A stretch of DNA of 64,000 nucleotides, taken from contig NC_086097.1 in assembly GCF_963921235.1 (NCBI RefSeq), positions 37,574,001 to 37,638,000 on the forward strand, written 5' to 3'. The stretch comes from Mobula hypostoma. Lineage: Eukaryota. The notes below the pieces were generated by a model. The model had not been told where the DNA came from and searched no databases. It saw only the letters and a program-made list of their open reading frames with translations. This document shows, piece after piece, positions 36,976 to 49,719 of the stretch; within the stretch, counting starts at the first letter, position 1, and each line of letters opens with the position of its first letter. A program made the translations under genes and the position numbers.

Positions 36976-37939
36976 ATCATGATACAGTGGGACACAGGTC
37001 AATAGAAAAGTTGGGCAATTTGATGGCAAATGGAATTTAATCCAGGTGCACCTGATGGGTCAAATTCTGGTAGCACATCGAGTGTATATGACAGGAACCT
37101 TAGAACAAAGAACAATACAGCACAAGAACAGGCAAACTGAGCATGCCAGGTAAAGATGTTCTGCTGGAAATGGAATAGTAGCTCCTTAGGCATCCGAATG
37201 GATGGGCAATGCTAATCCAACATTTTGTTCAAGGAGGTCTGAAAGGTGAGGGTTCGTAGAGTAGCTAGTGGAAATGAATTGGACAGGATGCAAGGGTCAA
37301 TCATTAGATCAATAAGGAGGGGAGAGAGCTAAATTGCAGTTCATTAGGGGTTAGAGGAACCTTTCCAAGTGTCATGATCGTTGATGGGAGTGGATAGGAT
37401 TTAGTGTTAACGTGTGTGGAAAATAACAAATATAAAGTGGTTTTGTTCATCAGATAGGCTGGGATCTACCCTCATTAATTAAAATGAAAACAGTATATTT
37501 CTGAATTTTCCTGGCCATGCATGTGAATTTTCAAATCCTGCATGTGACAAGACCACATATGCCATTAGGCACTGGTACACAAGTCCAGTCCCCATTGTTT
37601 CTTTTGTGAAATTGAAACACATCCACCACAAAAACTGGTAGCAAGGGATATACATATTTATATTTGTTCTATGTTGAATCTCAGCAGTCACTATTTTGCA
37701 ATTTTTAAAAAAATAATTTCACAATTGAAATCATTCACTGCATATTTCCTCTAGCCAATCTATCCATTATTTTAAAGACCTCCCTCAGGCTATGAATACA
37801 AGACCTTTTAAAAAAAAAGATCTTATATTCATAACCTGACAAACTGAGGACATCTTAATGAAATTGAAAGCCAATTAAGTATGTTTGAAGTGCTGTCATA
37901 AAACAAATCGCATGTACTCACAAAGCAAAAATGCGACGA

Positions 37940-38150
37940 GCGCATCATGTCACGCTGTTGGTTGTGAGATATATGTTGGCCAGAACAACTGGGAAAATTC
38001 CATGGAGTATTTATGTCGCTTCTGAGTAGGAGGAAGGGACCTGGATTTAACATTTCATTAGAATGGCATTACCAATAGTACAGCTCTTCCCCACTAATGA
38101 TCTGGAGCCTTTATATTTCGTGCTGAAATGGATTTAAACCTACCTCCTAA
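37940..38150 (+). mobile_element. Ancient Deu-domain (SacSINE1/AmnSINE-like) SINE remnant; another at about 43060-43200
   Basis: GATATATGTTGGCCAGAACA..CCATGG..GGACCTGGATTTAACATTTCAT here, and GGCCTCGGTTTAAAACCTTATCCAAAAGATG at about 43110, resemble the Deu domain as I recall it. Confidence 0.5.
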
Positions 38151-39439
38151 CTTGGGCATACTATTATCAAAGTAATTTCTTTTAATACAAAGATGAATGA
38201 AAATTTACCCCTCTGAATGTTGAATTAGTCACATATAGGACTGATAAATGAATAGGGAAGACTGTAAGTACTCATAGAATATTAATGTTAGATTCATTGT
38301 CAGCCAATGTGTGCATTTCAGCAGCTAAAACTCTGGATCAGGATAAAATAGACATATTAACATAATTTTTCAGTGCTCTGTACAACATTTAATATTCAGC
38401 AGTTCTCTATGCTTTGAGGTTCATAGACCACAGTGTTAATGTAAACAGATTTGTTAATCCCCAATACCATGCTTTCAACTGTGAGTGCTTTGTGCTGACA
38501 GGCCTGAAGTGGCAAGGAGTCTCTGGCATATTGTTCATCCCTGCATTATTGTTGTAAGAGTAGATGGAGTGAAATTGCTGTCTATAGGTGTTTTCCAGTA
38601 CTCTTTCAGAAGTAGATCTCCTAACTGACATCAATTAAAGGGATTATGTCATCAACCGAAAAGAAGGCTATTGCTATGAATGTAAAATTTCCAATTGTTT
38701 GTGACAAGGTCACTAGACCCTTTACAGCATAGCATGACCCCACTAAAATTAACTTCACTCCTCAAACACTAATTAGAATAATGTTTCTTCGGTTTTTTTT
38801 TTAAAAACGCACACATTGAACTCTCAATTAACCATTATTTGAAAGGATTGGTTATTTCAGATTTTATATCATTCAAGATTTAAATAATTGTCTTCGGAGT
38901 ATCAACAGAACTTATTTTAAGCAGCAATTATCCTCTTTGTTGTGTTTAAAGTAATGTTTTAAAATTATGGCATGCATTTTTAAACACAGGTCAGTAGTCT
39001 ATACGAATATTACATTATTGAATTTTTGAAATTAAAACACAAAATATGACTTATACAGGTTGTGACCATTGATACACCTATCCTACAATAAATTTGAAAT
39101 TCTTCTTTCAGTAGATTACATGTGCAACATGCTAAGGAATTAATGCAAACACGGTCCTTTGAACGAACATCTTCCAATCTTTATATTCATCATTCATTAA
39201 AGTATTTCAGCTAACCAACATTAGTACTGAAAATATTTTTACTGGATTCTCCTGATGAATTGTGACTACTGTTTATTTCTTTCTTTATAATTGGAATTGA
39301 ATTATGGAGGAAAATGTATTTAATGACAGATGAGACAGATCTATTAAGAAAATATGAGTCGAAAGTGAAGGATATTTCATATTTAGAAGGCAGAATAATG
39401 CCAGTGACTCCTACTGGAAAACTCAGACTCTGAGTGCTA

Positions 39440-40390
39440 CAGATCAAAAACAGGCACTTCAGCCCATTTAGTCCACCAAACTGTTATTCTTAGTCCCACC
39501 AGCTCACACCTGGACCATAGCCTTCAACGTCCATTCCAACTATGTAGTCTTAAATACTGTATTACAATTGAACCTTTATCCACCACGTCCTCTGGCAGCT
39601 CGTTTCACACTCTCACTGCCCTCTGAGTGAAATAGTTTCTTCTACATTCCCCTAAAATATTTCACTTTTCAAGTTCAAGTTTATTGTCATCTGACTGTAC
39701 ATATATACAAGCAAAATGAAACCACACTGCACCCACAATACATACACCACACCCAGCACAAAAAACAGAATACTATCAAAAAACGTTAAATAAAATAGAA
39801 TTCTTCACCCTGAACCTATTACCTCTAGGTCTAAATTCATCCAGCCACAGTGGGAAAAACCTGCTTGCATTAACCCTATATATACCCCTCATACCTTGTA
39901 TATCTTTATCAAATCTCTCATTTTCCTGTGCTCCAGTGAATAAAGTGCTAACCTAATCAAACTTACCCTACAACTCAGTTTCTCAAGTCCCAGCAACATC
40001 CTTATAACTTTTCTTATTGATACCTTTCCTATAGGTGGCTAATATGGTGGGAGGCATAATTTTAAGGTGATTGGCGATAAGTACGGGGGGGGGGTGTAAG
40101 TTTTTACCAGAGAGTGGTGTGTGTGTGGAACACCCTGCTGAGGCATTGGTGGAGGCAGCTACATTAGAGACATTTAAGAACCTCTTAGATAGGCACATAC
40201 ATGATAGAAAAATGGAGGGCTCTGTAGGACAGGACTGTTAGATTGAGAGTAGGTTAAAAGGTCGGCAAAACATCATGGGCAAGGGGCCTGTACTACACTG
40301 TAATATTCTATATTCTCCGTTCTTCGTAGTGAGGGAGCCAGCACTGCACACAATACTCCAGATTAGGTCTCACCAAAGCCTTCAACACCC
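39440..40390. mobile_element. Nested CR1 3' fragments (minus copy interrupted by plus copy 40030-40315)
   Basis: Plus: CAGAGAGTGGTG..TTTAAGAACCTCTTAGATAGGCACAT. Minus: CACTGCACACAATACTCCAGATTAGGTCTCACCAAAGCC (reverse complement of LVRPNLEYCVQ). Confidence 0.7.
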
Positions 40391-40886
40391 AAATTCCTGT
40401 AAATAATAAACACCCTGCTTTTTCAACTTACTTAAAGCCACCAATCATTCTTTTCAATCACTTCTGAGTAGTGTTGGAGAATGCTGCATGTTTTGGTGAG
40501 AATGTGTGGAATAATTAAACAATTGTGAAAACAAACTTTTATTCATTAAAACTAGAAATTATACCTCAGTTAAGTGAATGCATTTATTTTCAGATAACCT
40601 TCAAACAAAACAAAATTCCAGAACTAAAACTAACAACCAGTTAACCTAGTAACCCCATTCAATTGCATTCTTTGTTGGTTAGTAATGTTACTGAAAGCTC
40701 TTTTCAGTACACGTTAAAAGCCTGCAGATTGTCATCCCACACACACACACTTGACTTGTAGTTCTCTTTAGACTCGACAGTACATGCCGTATTTTATGTT
40801 GTAGATTTTGACCCCGAAAGAATATGACTACCTGTCTACTGCCATCAGAAAATGTATCCTATTACTTAGCATTTTCAGTAATACAG

Positions 40887-40902
40887 AGTGCCACCTGCTG
40901 GT
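40887..40902 (-). promoter_or_regulatory. Candidate CTCF core motif
   Basis: Minus strand reads ACCAGCAGGTGGCACT, matching the CCASYAGRKGGCRS core, in non-repeat sequence. Confidence 0.5.
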
Positions 40903-41068
40903 ATATAACGTTAATTTGAAAAATAAATCAAACCTTAAACAAACTGGATGTTCTTATAGAATACTATATTGTTCATTAAAGATTCAGGGAGTCATATAAA
41001 ACAAGATTTTGCATCAGGCGAAGAAAAAGGAATGAGAAATTACTCTGCATATTCCTATGATTTTAAAA

Positions 41069-41148
41069 CAAGTGTTCCCAAACTTTTTTATGCCATGGAC
41101 CCCTACCATTAACCAAGCAGTCCATGGACCCAAGGTTGGGAAGTCCTG
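41069..41148. mobile_element. 80-bp hAT/Charlie-like MITE
   Basis: CAAGTGTTCCCAAACTT...AGGTTGGGAAGTCCTG imperfect TIRs, internal CCATGGACCC twice, TTTAAA-containing flanks. Confidence 0.6.
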
Positions 41149-44100
41149 TTTAAACTAAACATAGAGATTTTAATTATAAACTCGCTCATGAAACATTTCC
41201 TTCATGCCTGTCTCTCAATTCCTTTCCGTTTTATATATTGGTCTATCTTATCTTTAATTGTATGCTATCAGCTTGTAATTCTCAATGTGGTAATGTTTCA
41301 GATTTTCACTCTTACCTATGTAAAAAAAATCTCCTAAATCTGGGGATTTGCATGTATATTGCAGAAATCACTGGTAGATATTTAATAATTGTCACTGATT
41401 GTAAACAACACCAATATTTTAATAAGAGAATGGTTGGTTAGCTTACTTACTATCAGTATTTGCTATTTTTTTTATTTGCACAGTTTGCTGTCTTTTGCAC
41501 ATTGGTTGAACACCCAAGTGGTCTTTCATTGATTCTGTTATTACTCTATTGATAATACCCGCAAAAAAAAATTAATGAGGGTTGTATATGGTGACATATA
41601 TGTACTTTGGTAATAAATTTACTTTGAACTTTCATTTGCAACTCAAGAGGGCACTTTCCCAACTATCTGTCAAGCATGAATAGCTTTCTTTACAAGTCAC
41701 TAAGATTGTATATTAAATGACCTTATTCTAGTTTGTAAGTTCTACTAACATTCAGCAATACACAGAAGCAAAATTGTTAAACTGTGAACTCAGAAGATTT
41801 CACATGTATATAGGGAATTCAGGTTTTAGCTGAAATTCCAAGTCTTTTTCTCAACTTTTAATAAAATGTAGCTGTTGGGTTGGATCTATTAGGTGCAGCC
41901 TGCTCTTCAGATTGTTTGTTTATTAAACAATAATTACATTGACTCTTACTGTCTTGGTTGAATTATGGTATATCAATTTACTTCATCACAGTTTGTTTTA
42001 AAAAATAATTCGTAACTTCTGATTTGTTTTGAGGTTTTGTGAGTATTCGAAAGTTGTGCAATTCAATTGAAAAAGCAGAAAATTCACAGCTATTTACCAA
42101 CTAGATGTGTACAATGATTTCTCTGGTACCTGCTCTGTCTAAAGAGATTTGCGCTTGGACCACCCAAGTAACTCTTTGTCTCTTCCAGTTGTTCCTTGAA
42201 AGCATTCTTAAAAAGCAACTTCATCCTGCCTTTATCTTTTACACTGGTGAGTTAGCATTTGTAGCAATCAAGTGTTGTCATGGCAAATTACAGTAGACTA
42301 TAGAAAACACCTCCAGTTCTCTGTGTGAAATTTGATTTGCAGTCAATTACATGTGATAATCACTTTTTATTGTGTTTTACCTTGAAGTAAAATATTTAAG
42401 GTTCCTTTAAATAATGAAACATAATGGAAAATTAGCTTCTGGATTAGATCCTGGCACATCATAAAATTTGCATTTAACAGATCACATTTCTTAAACTGAA
42501 AACAAATAGTTTCATAACAAATATTAAACGTTTACCAACAAAGTTAACTTCTCAAAGAATATCTCACCAAGAAATCCTAAGATATACATTGCCTTTGAAA
42601 TAAACTATCAAATGTAAATCAGCACAGTAAATTATTCACTAGGCTATGTGCTTGAAAGGAGATATTACATTGAAAAGAGACAAATAAAGAGTAATTAGAA
42701 CATTCCTAAATCATTTTGCCATTGTACTGACACTTGTGATCTTTATTAATATATTGAATATATTTTGTTTTGGTCTCAAATCTCCATTTAAAGGAAACAA
42801 TGTTTTTAAGTATTTCTATGTCGACCAAGTCACTGGTCTCTTCACTATTTTTGTTATTTCTTGTCCTTGTAGAAGTAATCAATGAAAGATTGAGATAACA
42901 AAATAGGGAAGGGGGGGTAAATTGGTTCTGTTGTCTCCCATACACAACCATGCACATATTTTCTTATCCCTTGACATCAGGATATCATCTTTAACACACC
43001 ACTGGCAGCTGATCTTTCAGCAATAAAAATGGAATTCCCTGTAAAGACTTTGCTACTGAAAGAAAGCATTACATTTTATGTCACCTTTCATGACCACTGG
43101 AGAGTCAAGAGGCCTCGGTTTAAAACCTTATCCAAAAGATGCCAACTCTAAGAGTGCAACACCTGTTCAGTACTGTGATAGAGCACCAGCCTAGAATGTG
43201 TTCGCATACAACATGACTGAGGGACTTTCAAAATTAATTTAGTTTGATGATGAATTGGAAACTCCAGGAATAGCAAAAGAATGAAATAACCTTCACACAG
43301 CACTCTTCACACTATGGACATCTGAAGCACTCTCAGCTGAGTAAGAAAAGTACAGATACATTGTGAATAGCGTGAATGTATTGAAGAGGCTAGGAAAAGA
43401 TACAAGGGAATAGAGGAGAAAAAAGGTTATACTGGCAGATTTAGCAGAGAAAAAAAACAGTGAATGGATCCAGGTAGGCCAAATGGCCTGTAACTGTGCT
43501 GTTCATGTCAGGACTATACTAGAACACTTGACCTCAATTTCAAGGGAGCATGGAATTGTTTGAAATTATTTGCTTTGCATATGATAGTACATTTGATGTC
43601 CCAGATGCTTGGTCATGGCAATGTAAATTAAGTTACAGCTTCCGATATCCAGCCAACATTCACACTTCAACTGCCAGCATACACACACAAAAATGACAGC
43701 ATTTTCTGCACTGCTACCGGTTGCAGATGGCTGCTGTAAAAAAAAACTATCCTAATAAGGAATGTTTTACAATTCATAGTAATGTGCAATTGTTAGAAAT
43801 GACGAGAACAATAAAAATTATACAAGCTCTCACATGCAGAGACTGAAATAATACCTAAAATGGTTTTGATTATGGTACCGACCAATTAGTTAATGCAGAA
43901 AAAGAAGTGGCTTGTATACATTCTGAGTGGGCCAAAATATGAATTAAGTTGAAGATGTGTGTAAAAAGTTGAAATTTAGCTATTGAAATAATGCTAATTT
44001 AAATTGAAGTTGGTATTGGGCTCAGGAATATGTTCAGTGGTAGGTCAGCAAATTATCTATGCATAATAAAATGTTCAATAAGGTGCAAGGTACTTCTGAT

Positions 44101-45074
44101 GTGTGATCCTGCAGAAAAATAGTAGCTGATAACTCGCTTACAGTAACAGTCCACAAAAAGCAAATGAGATGAATCAGCAATTTCAAATAATTTTCTTAGT
44201 GTTAATTCAAGGAAGTGGCACAAGTACTCAATATTCTCTTTGAATAGTTCAATAGGAGCCTTTGTGTTCATCTGAGTAGATGGTAGTGGTCTCATTTGAG
44301 TGAAATTCTTTTACTCCTTTAACATGAGCTGAGCTGAGGTACTCAAACCTATAATTTTACTTGAATCCACAATCTTCTAACAGAAAGGCCAAGAAGTTGC
44401 CAATTAAGCAAATGCTACAGCCAGCTTAGTGGTAACTTGGCTTAGATATAGGACTATCATTTGAATTAAATCACTTCAAGTCATACCTAGGATCCAAGAA
44501 TATGAGATAGACTGATATTTTAGTGTGGAATGCACTGGTGTCAGAGGTGCCATGGCTCAGAAGAAACATCAATTGCAGCTCATAAACCAACTTGGTTCAC
44601 ACCATCCTTCAGCCATCACAGCAACCAATTGGTTGGCCAGCTATCTCATTGCTTCATGTGGCATACTCGGCTGTGCACAAACTCGTACAATCTTTGAACA
44701 TATAAAGATGACTTTATTTTATTTGCATGGTAGCATAGCATGTAGTGTAACACTTCACAGAATCAGCAATTGGGTTCAATTTCCACCATTGTCTGTAAGG
44801 CACTTGCATTTTCTCCTCATGACCACATGGGTTTCCTCTGGATGCTCCAGTTCCCTCCCATATTCCAACGATATACAGGTTAGTAATGGTTACTAAATTG
44901 TGGGCATAATATCTTGGCGCATAAAGCATGGCAACACTTCTGGGCTGCCCCCAGCACAACCTCGGACTACGTTGGTTGTTGATGCAAGCAATGCACTTCG
45001 CTGATGTTCCAATGTACTTGTGACAAATAAAGCTAACCTTTACTCTCTATTCTAGATGTGGATACTGTGTTACA

Positions 45075-45880
45075 GGATTCAGCTCAAATTGTGTCATCAA
45101 GTTTGTGGATGACACAATGGCTGGCCTCAACAACAACGATGATGAGTAGGAGTACAGAGAGGAAGTGGAGCATCTAGTGGACTGGTGTGAGAACAACAAC
45201 CCAAGTCTGAATGTGGAGAAGACCAAGGACTTCAGGAAGGTGCAGATGAACTGTTCCCCTCTGCAAATACATGGCTCATCTGTAGAGAGTTAAGTGCACC
45301 AAGTTCCCAGGAGTTCACGTCAGGGGTGACCTCACCTGGTCTCTCAACGTCACCTCCCTAAACAAGAAGGCACAGCAGTGCCTCCACTTCCTAAGGATAT
45401 TGAGGCAAGCTAGCTTCCCTCTTCCCTCCGCCCATCTTAACCAAATTTTACAGGAGCACTATTGAGAGTGTCCTGACAAGCTGCATCTCCATCTGGTATG
45501 GGAGCAGCTGAGCATCAAACTGGAAGTCCCTACAAAGGACTGTGAGAATGGCTGAGAGGATCATAGGGATCTCCCTATCATCCATCTGAGAGATTGATTA
45601 GAAGCGCTGTGTACACAGGGCCCTTAGCATTATCAAGGATCCCACCCAGCCATCCAGCTGTCCTCTGACTTTCTACCATCAGGCAGGAGACTCTGACACA
45701 TAAAAACAAGAACAGTCAGGATGGGAAAGTTTCTTCCCTCAGACCATTAGTCTTCTGAACTCCCTGACGCATCACATTTTAAGTGTCACCAGTTAATCTA
45801 TTCTATACCTGCCAATATTTAATTTATGTACTTTGTTTATTTATGTGCAATTCACCTGTAAATTTTATCCTTACTTTGTG
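45075..45880 (+). mobile_element. Rex1-like LINE RT/3' fragment
   Basis: IKFVDDT, WCENN.PSLNVEKTK, FYRSTIESVLTSCISIWYG and FLPSGRR can be read in + frames. Confidence 0.85.
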
Positions 45881-47395
45881 TATGGATTTGAAGGTGGGGG
45901 GGAAGAGACTAGCTGGAAGGTGATGATGAAGCCAGTTGGGTGGGAAAGGCCAAGAGCAGGAGAAGAATCTGATAGGAAGAGAGAATGGACACTAGGAGAA
46001 AGGGAAGGGAGAGGGAACACAGGGGAAATAATAGGCAGGAGAGGTCAGAGTGGGGGTGGGGAGTGGGGAAATTTTTGAGTTGCCAGGAGAAATCAATATT
46101 CATGCCATCAGGTTGGAGGGTACCCAGACAGAATACAAGGTGTTGCTCCTCCACCCTGAGGGTAGCCTCATTTTGGCACTAGAAGAGCCCATGGATAGGC
46201 ATGTAGGAATGGCTATTAAAATATTTGTCCACTAGGAAGTCCTGCTTATGATGGATGGTGCAGAGGTGCTCTACAAAGCACCTCCCAATTTATGACAGGT
46301 CTCACCAATGTAGAGGACATATCAGGAGCACTGGACACAACAGATGACCCTAGCAGATTCACAGGTGAAGTGTTGCCTCATCTGGAAGGACTGAATGGAG
46401 GTGAGGAAGGAGGTGTATGGACAGGTGTAGGGCTTAGGCCGCTTGCATGGATAAGTGCCTGGATGGAGATTAATGGGGAGAGAAAAATGGACAGGGAAAG
46501 TATGAATGAAACAATTCCTACAGAAAGTGGAGGGGGGAAGGTAAAGATATGTTTAGTGATAGGATCCCTTTGGAAATGGTGGAAGTTGCAGAGGATAATA
46601 TGCTGGATGTGGAAGCTGATGGGGTGGTAGATGAGGACAAGAGGCACTCTATCACTATTATGACTGCAGGAAGATGTATGGGAAATGGAGGTGATTGAGT
46701 GAGGGCAGCATCAATAGTAGAGGGAGGGAAACACCCTTCATTAAGGAAAGAGGACATCTCAGATGTCCTGGAATGGAAAGCCACATATTGGGAACAGATG
46801 TGGTGGAGGTGAAGAAATTGAGAGAAGCGATAGTATTTTTATAGGCGATAAGGTGGGAAAAGGCATAGTTGAGATAACCACTGCAATCAGTAGGTTTATA
46901 AAAGAAGTTGGTTTACAGTTTGTCTCAAAGATGGAGAAAGAGAGATCAAGAAAGGGGAGGGAGGTGTCAGAGATGCCCAACTGAATTTAAGGGCAGGTGA
47001 AGTTAGAGGTAAAATTTAGTAAATTGATGAGCTCAGCATGGGTGCATGAAGCAGTGACAATGCAGTCATCAATGTAGCGGAGGAAGTGTTGACCAAGGCT
47101 TCAAACACAGACTGTTCTACACAGCTGATGAAGAAGCAGGCATGGGAATCTCTTGGATTTGGAGAAAGTCAGAGGAGCCAAAGGAAAAACTGTTAAGGGT
47201 GAAGACCAGTTCTGCCAGACATAGGTGGTGGTGGTTGATTCTTCTGTCAAGAAAGAAATGGAGGGCTTTGAGACCTTCCTGATGGGGGATAGAAGTGTAT
47301 CGGGACTGAACATCCATGGTGAAGATGAAAGGTTACTGAGAAGATCAAGGACATGAGTAGTGTCGCAGATGTAGGTGGGAAAAGACTGAACCACG
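45880..47395 (-). mobile_element. Penelope-like element (RT plus GIY-YIG), degenerate
   Basis: MDVQSRYTSIPHQEGLKAL..LAELVFTLNSFSF (PLE RT), LPFLDL, HIQHIILCNFHHFQRDPITKHIF and EEQHLVFCLGTLQPDGMNIDFS (GIY-YIG C-terminus). Confidence 0.88.
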
Positions 47396-49719
47396 GGGAC
47401 AGAATGGAATGAAGGTATGAGGACATATTATGTCTCTAGCATAATATGAGAACCAAAATATACATAATGAAATTTTTGTCTTCATCAAATATGGTGCAAC
47501 ATGCATGTAAATTTTCAGATAATATTTCTCCCTCAGGTTAAATATCAAATTAAAATTAAACTAAACTAAGTGGCAAAAATGAAAGTAAATATGTCATCCA
47601 GATTTAGAGATGGGAAGCTGCTTCATCACTAGCGATGGGTAGAGCAGACAAAACAATGAGTGCAGCAACTGGACAGTTCTCCTTTCAGCCGCTAACGCAG
47701 CATCAGTGCAGGTTAAAAATCCTTGTACACCTAAACCAGTTTGAGAGCTTGATCTTGTTTGTTTAAATCATATTATTGTATACCTATGAACAAGTGCTAA
47801 ACTCTGGTGGTCTGTGACAAGCAAACCCCAGACTGCAAAGTGACATAACACTAGTGCGCGCTCTCTCTCTCTCACACACACACAAAGCATTTATGCCTCT
47901 TTATTTTTTTTAAGTTGCATTTTGATATTAAAAAAACAGCAGTTTGACCTTGAAAATTTACCTTCGAGGTTCAAGAATTTATTTTGTATCAATGAGCACA
48001 TGAAATTGCTTTTATGAGCTAGGATGCTTTCAGAGCATTTGATAGCAGACAATCGGCCTTGCCTGTTAAAACCTCCAAGTAAAAAGATTCAATGTATCCA
48101 ACTCATAGTGAATTGGATCGTAGCCCACTGACATTATATCCTCAGCCCCGGGGAAGTAAGGGCTAACTGCTGGGCGCCTGCATTAGTCACATTTAATGGC
48201 TTTACTAAAGGAAACAGACCATGACATGGCTAAACAAAACTGGCAGGAAAGCTTGCATTAATCGAACCGATCTCAAACTCATCAGCAGCAGATTGTTTCC
48301 CCCTTTGCAAACAATTAGTCTGCCATTTGGTGTTCCGTGCCACGTATACCTTTTCTCCCTGGTCTATAATTATTTACACCAGGTGCATTTCTTTCACACT
48401 TTCTTCTGACTATAGTATTGTCAGAAACCATGATGAGTAATCTGTTAAACCTTTGTATGTATTTTGCCCTCAGGTATAAAGTTACTTCAATAAGCACTGG
48501 GATACAATGGAAGGAAATAGAATTTACCCAGTTAACAAAAAGTATTAGCAGCCCTAGAGCACAGCCTCAGGTGACTGAACAGCATTGATTTCAATGGTTC
48601 AGGCAACTGAGGATCCAAATCATACCGAAATGTTTAAAGCCTATCAACTGCAGAATACAAAAATCAATCCAATAATGGATAGGGTTAGCTCAATTCTGTA
48701 GATTAGGATTAGTTTTATTTATGGCATGTACATTGAAATTTACAGTGAAATCAGATCAGCGAGGATTGTGCTGGGGAGCCTACAAGTGTCGCCATGCTTC
48801 CGGCGCCAACAGAGCATGCCCACAGCTCACTCAACCTGACTGTATGTCTATGGAATGTGGGAGGAAACCGAAGCACCTGGAGGAAACCCATGTGGTCATG
48901 AGGAAGACGTACAAACTCTTCACAGACGGTGGTGAAACTGAACCTGGTCGCTGGCGCTGTACGCTACCATGGTTAAATGTCAGTTATCAAACTGCCCGAT
49001 AATCATATTTTGAGACCAACAATTCCTACTTAAAAGCAAAGCAGCATTGCGCCAGTGTATGATTTGCAGCACCATCTCATGTCAATAGCTATATGTTGTT
49101 CCAATTTAAAAGTTCATAACAAAGTTTTTGGAACTCCATAATCATTTGGTAGGCATGCATTTGACAGCACCGTTACCCAAATCTGCAATGGCGACTGACC
49201 TCAGCTATGTTAACAAGCTTGTTCCAGATTTTGTTGAAATGTGAATGATTTTGAATTAGACAAACCATAAGCAAGTTTTCAGCCTTTTCTTAGCCAGTTA
49301 TCCATCTCCAAAATGTATGCAAAATTCAATGAGGTTATCTGCAATAAACAAGCTTCCCACCACTCCCATTCCCATGAAAACAGTTCAGTAGCAAACTAAC
49401 ACTCATTCAAATAGGGACATAGGAAGTAGGAATGACTTATTACTCCTGTTCCAGTCCCACCATTTAGTTATGACCTAGTGGTCTTCCCTTTTTTAAAAAA
49501 AGATACAGCACAGTAACAGGCCTTACAACCCAATGCGTCCACACCACCCAATCACATCCAAGTGAACAATTAACCTACTAACCTGTACATCTTTTGAAGG
49601 TGAGATGAAATTGGAGCACATGGACGAAACCCACACAATCACTGGGAGGACATATAAACTCCTTAGGGAAGGCAGCAGTAATTGAACCCGAGTCGTTAGT
49701 GCTGTAACAGCATCATGCC

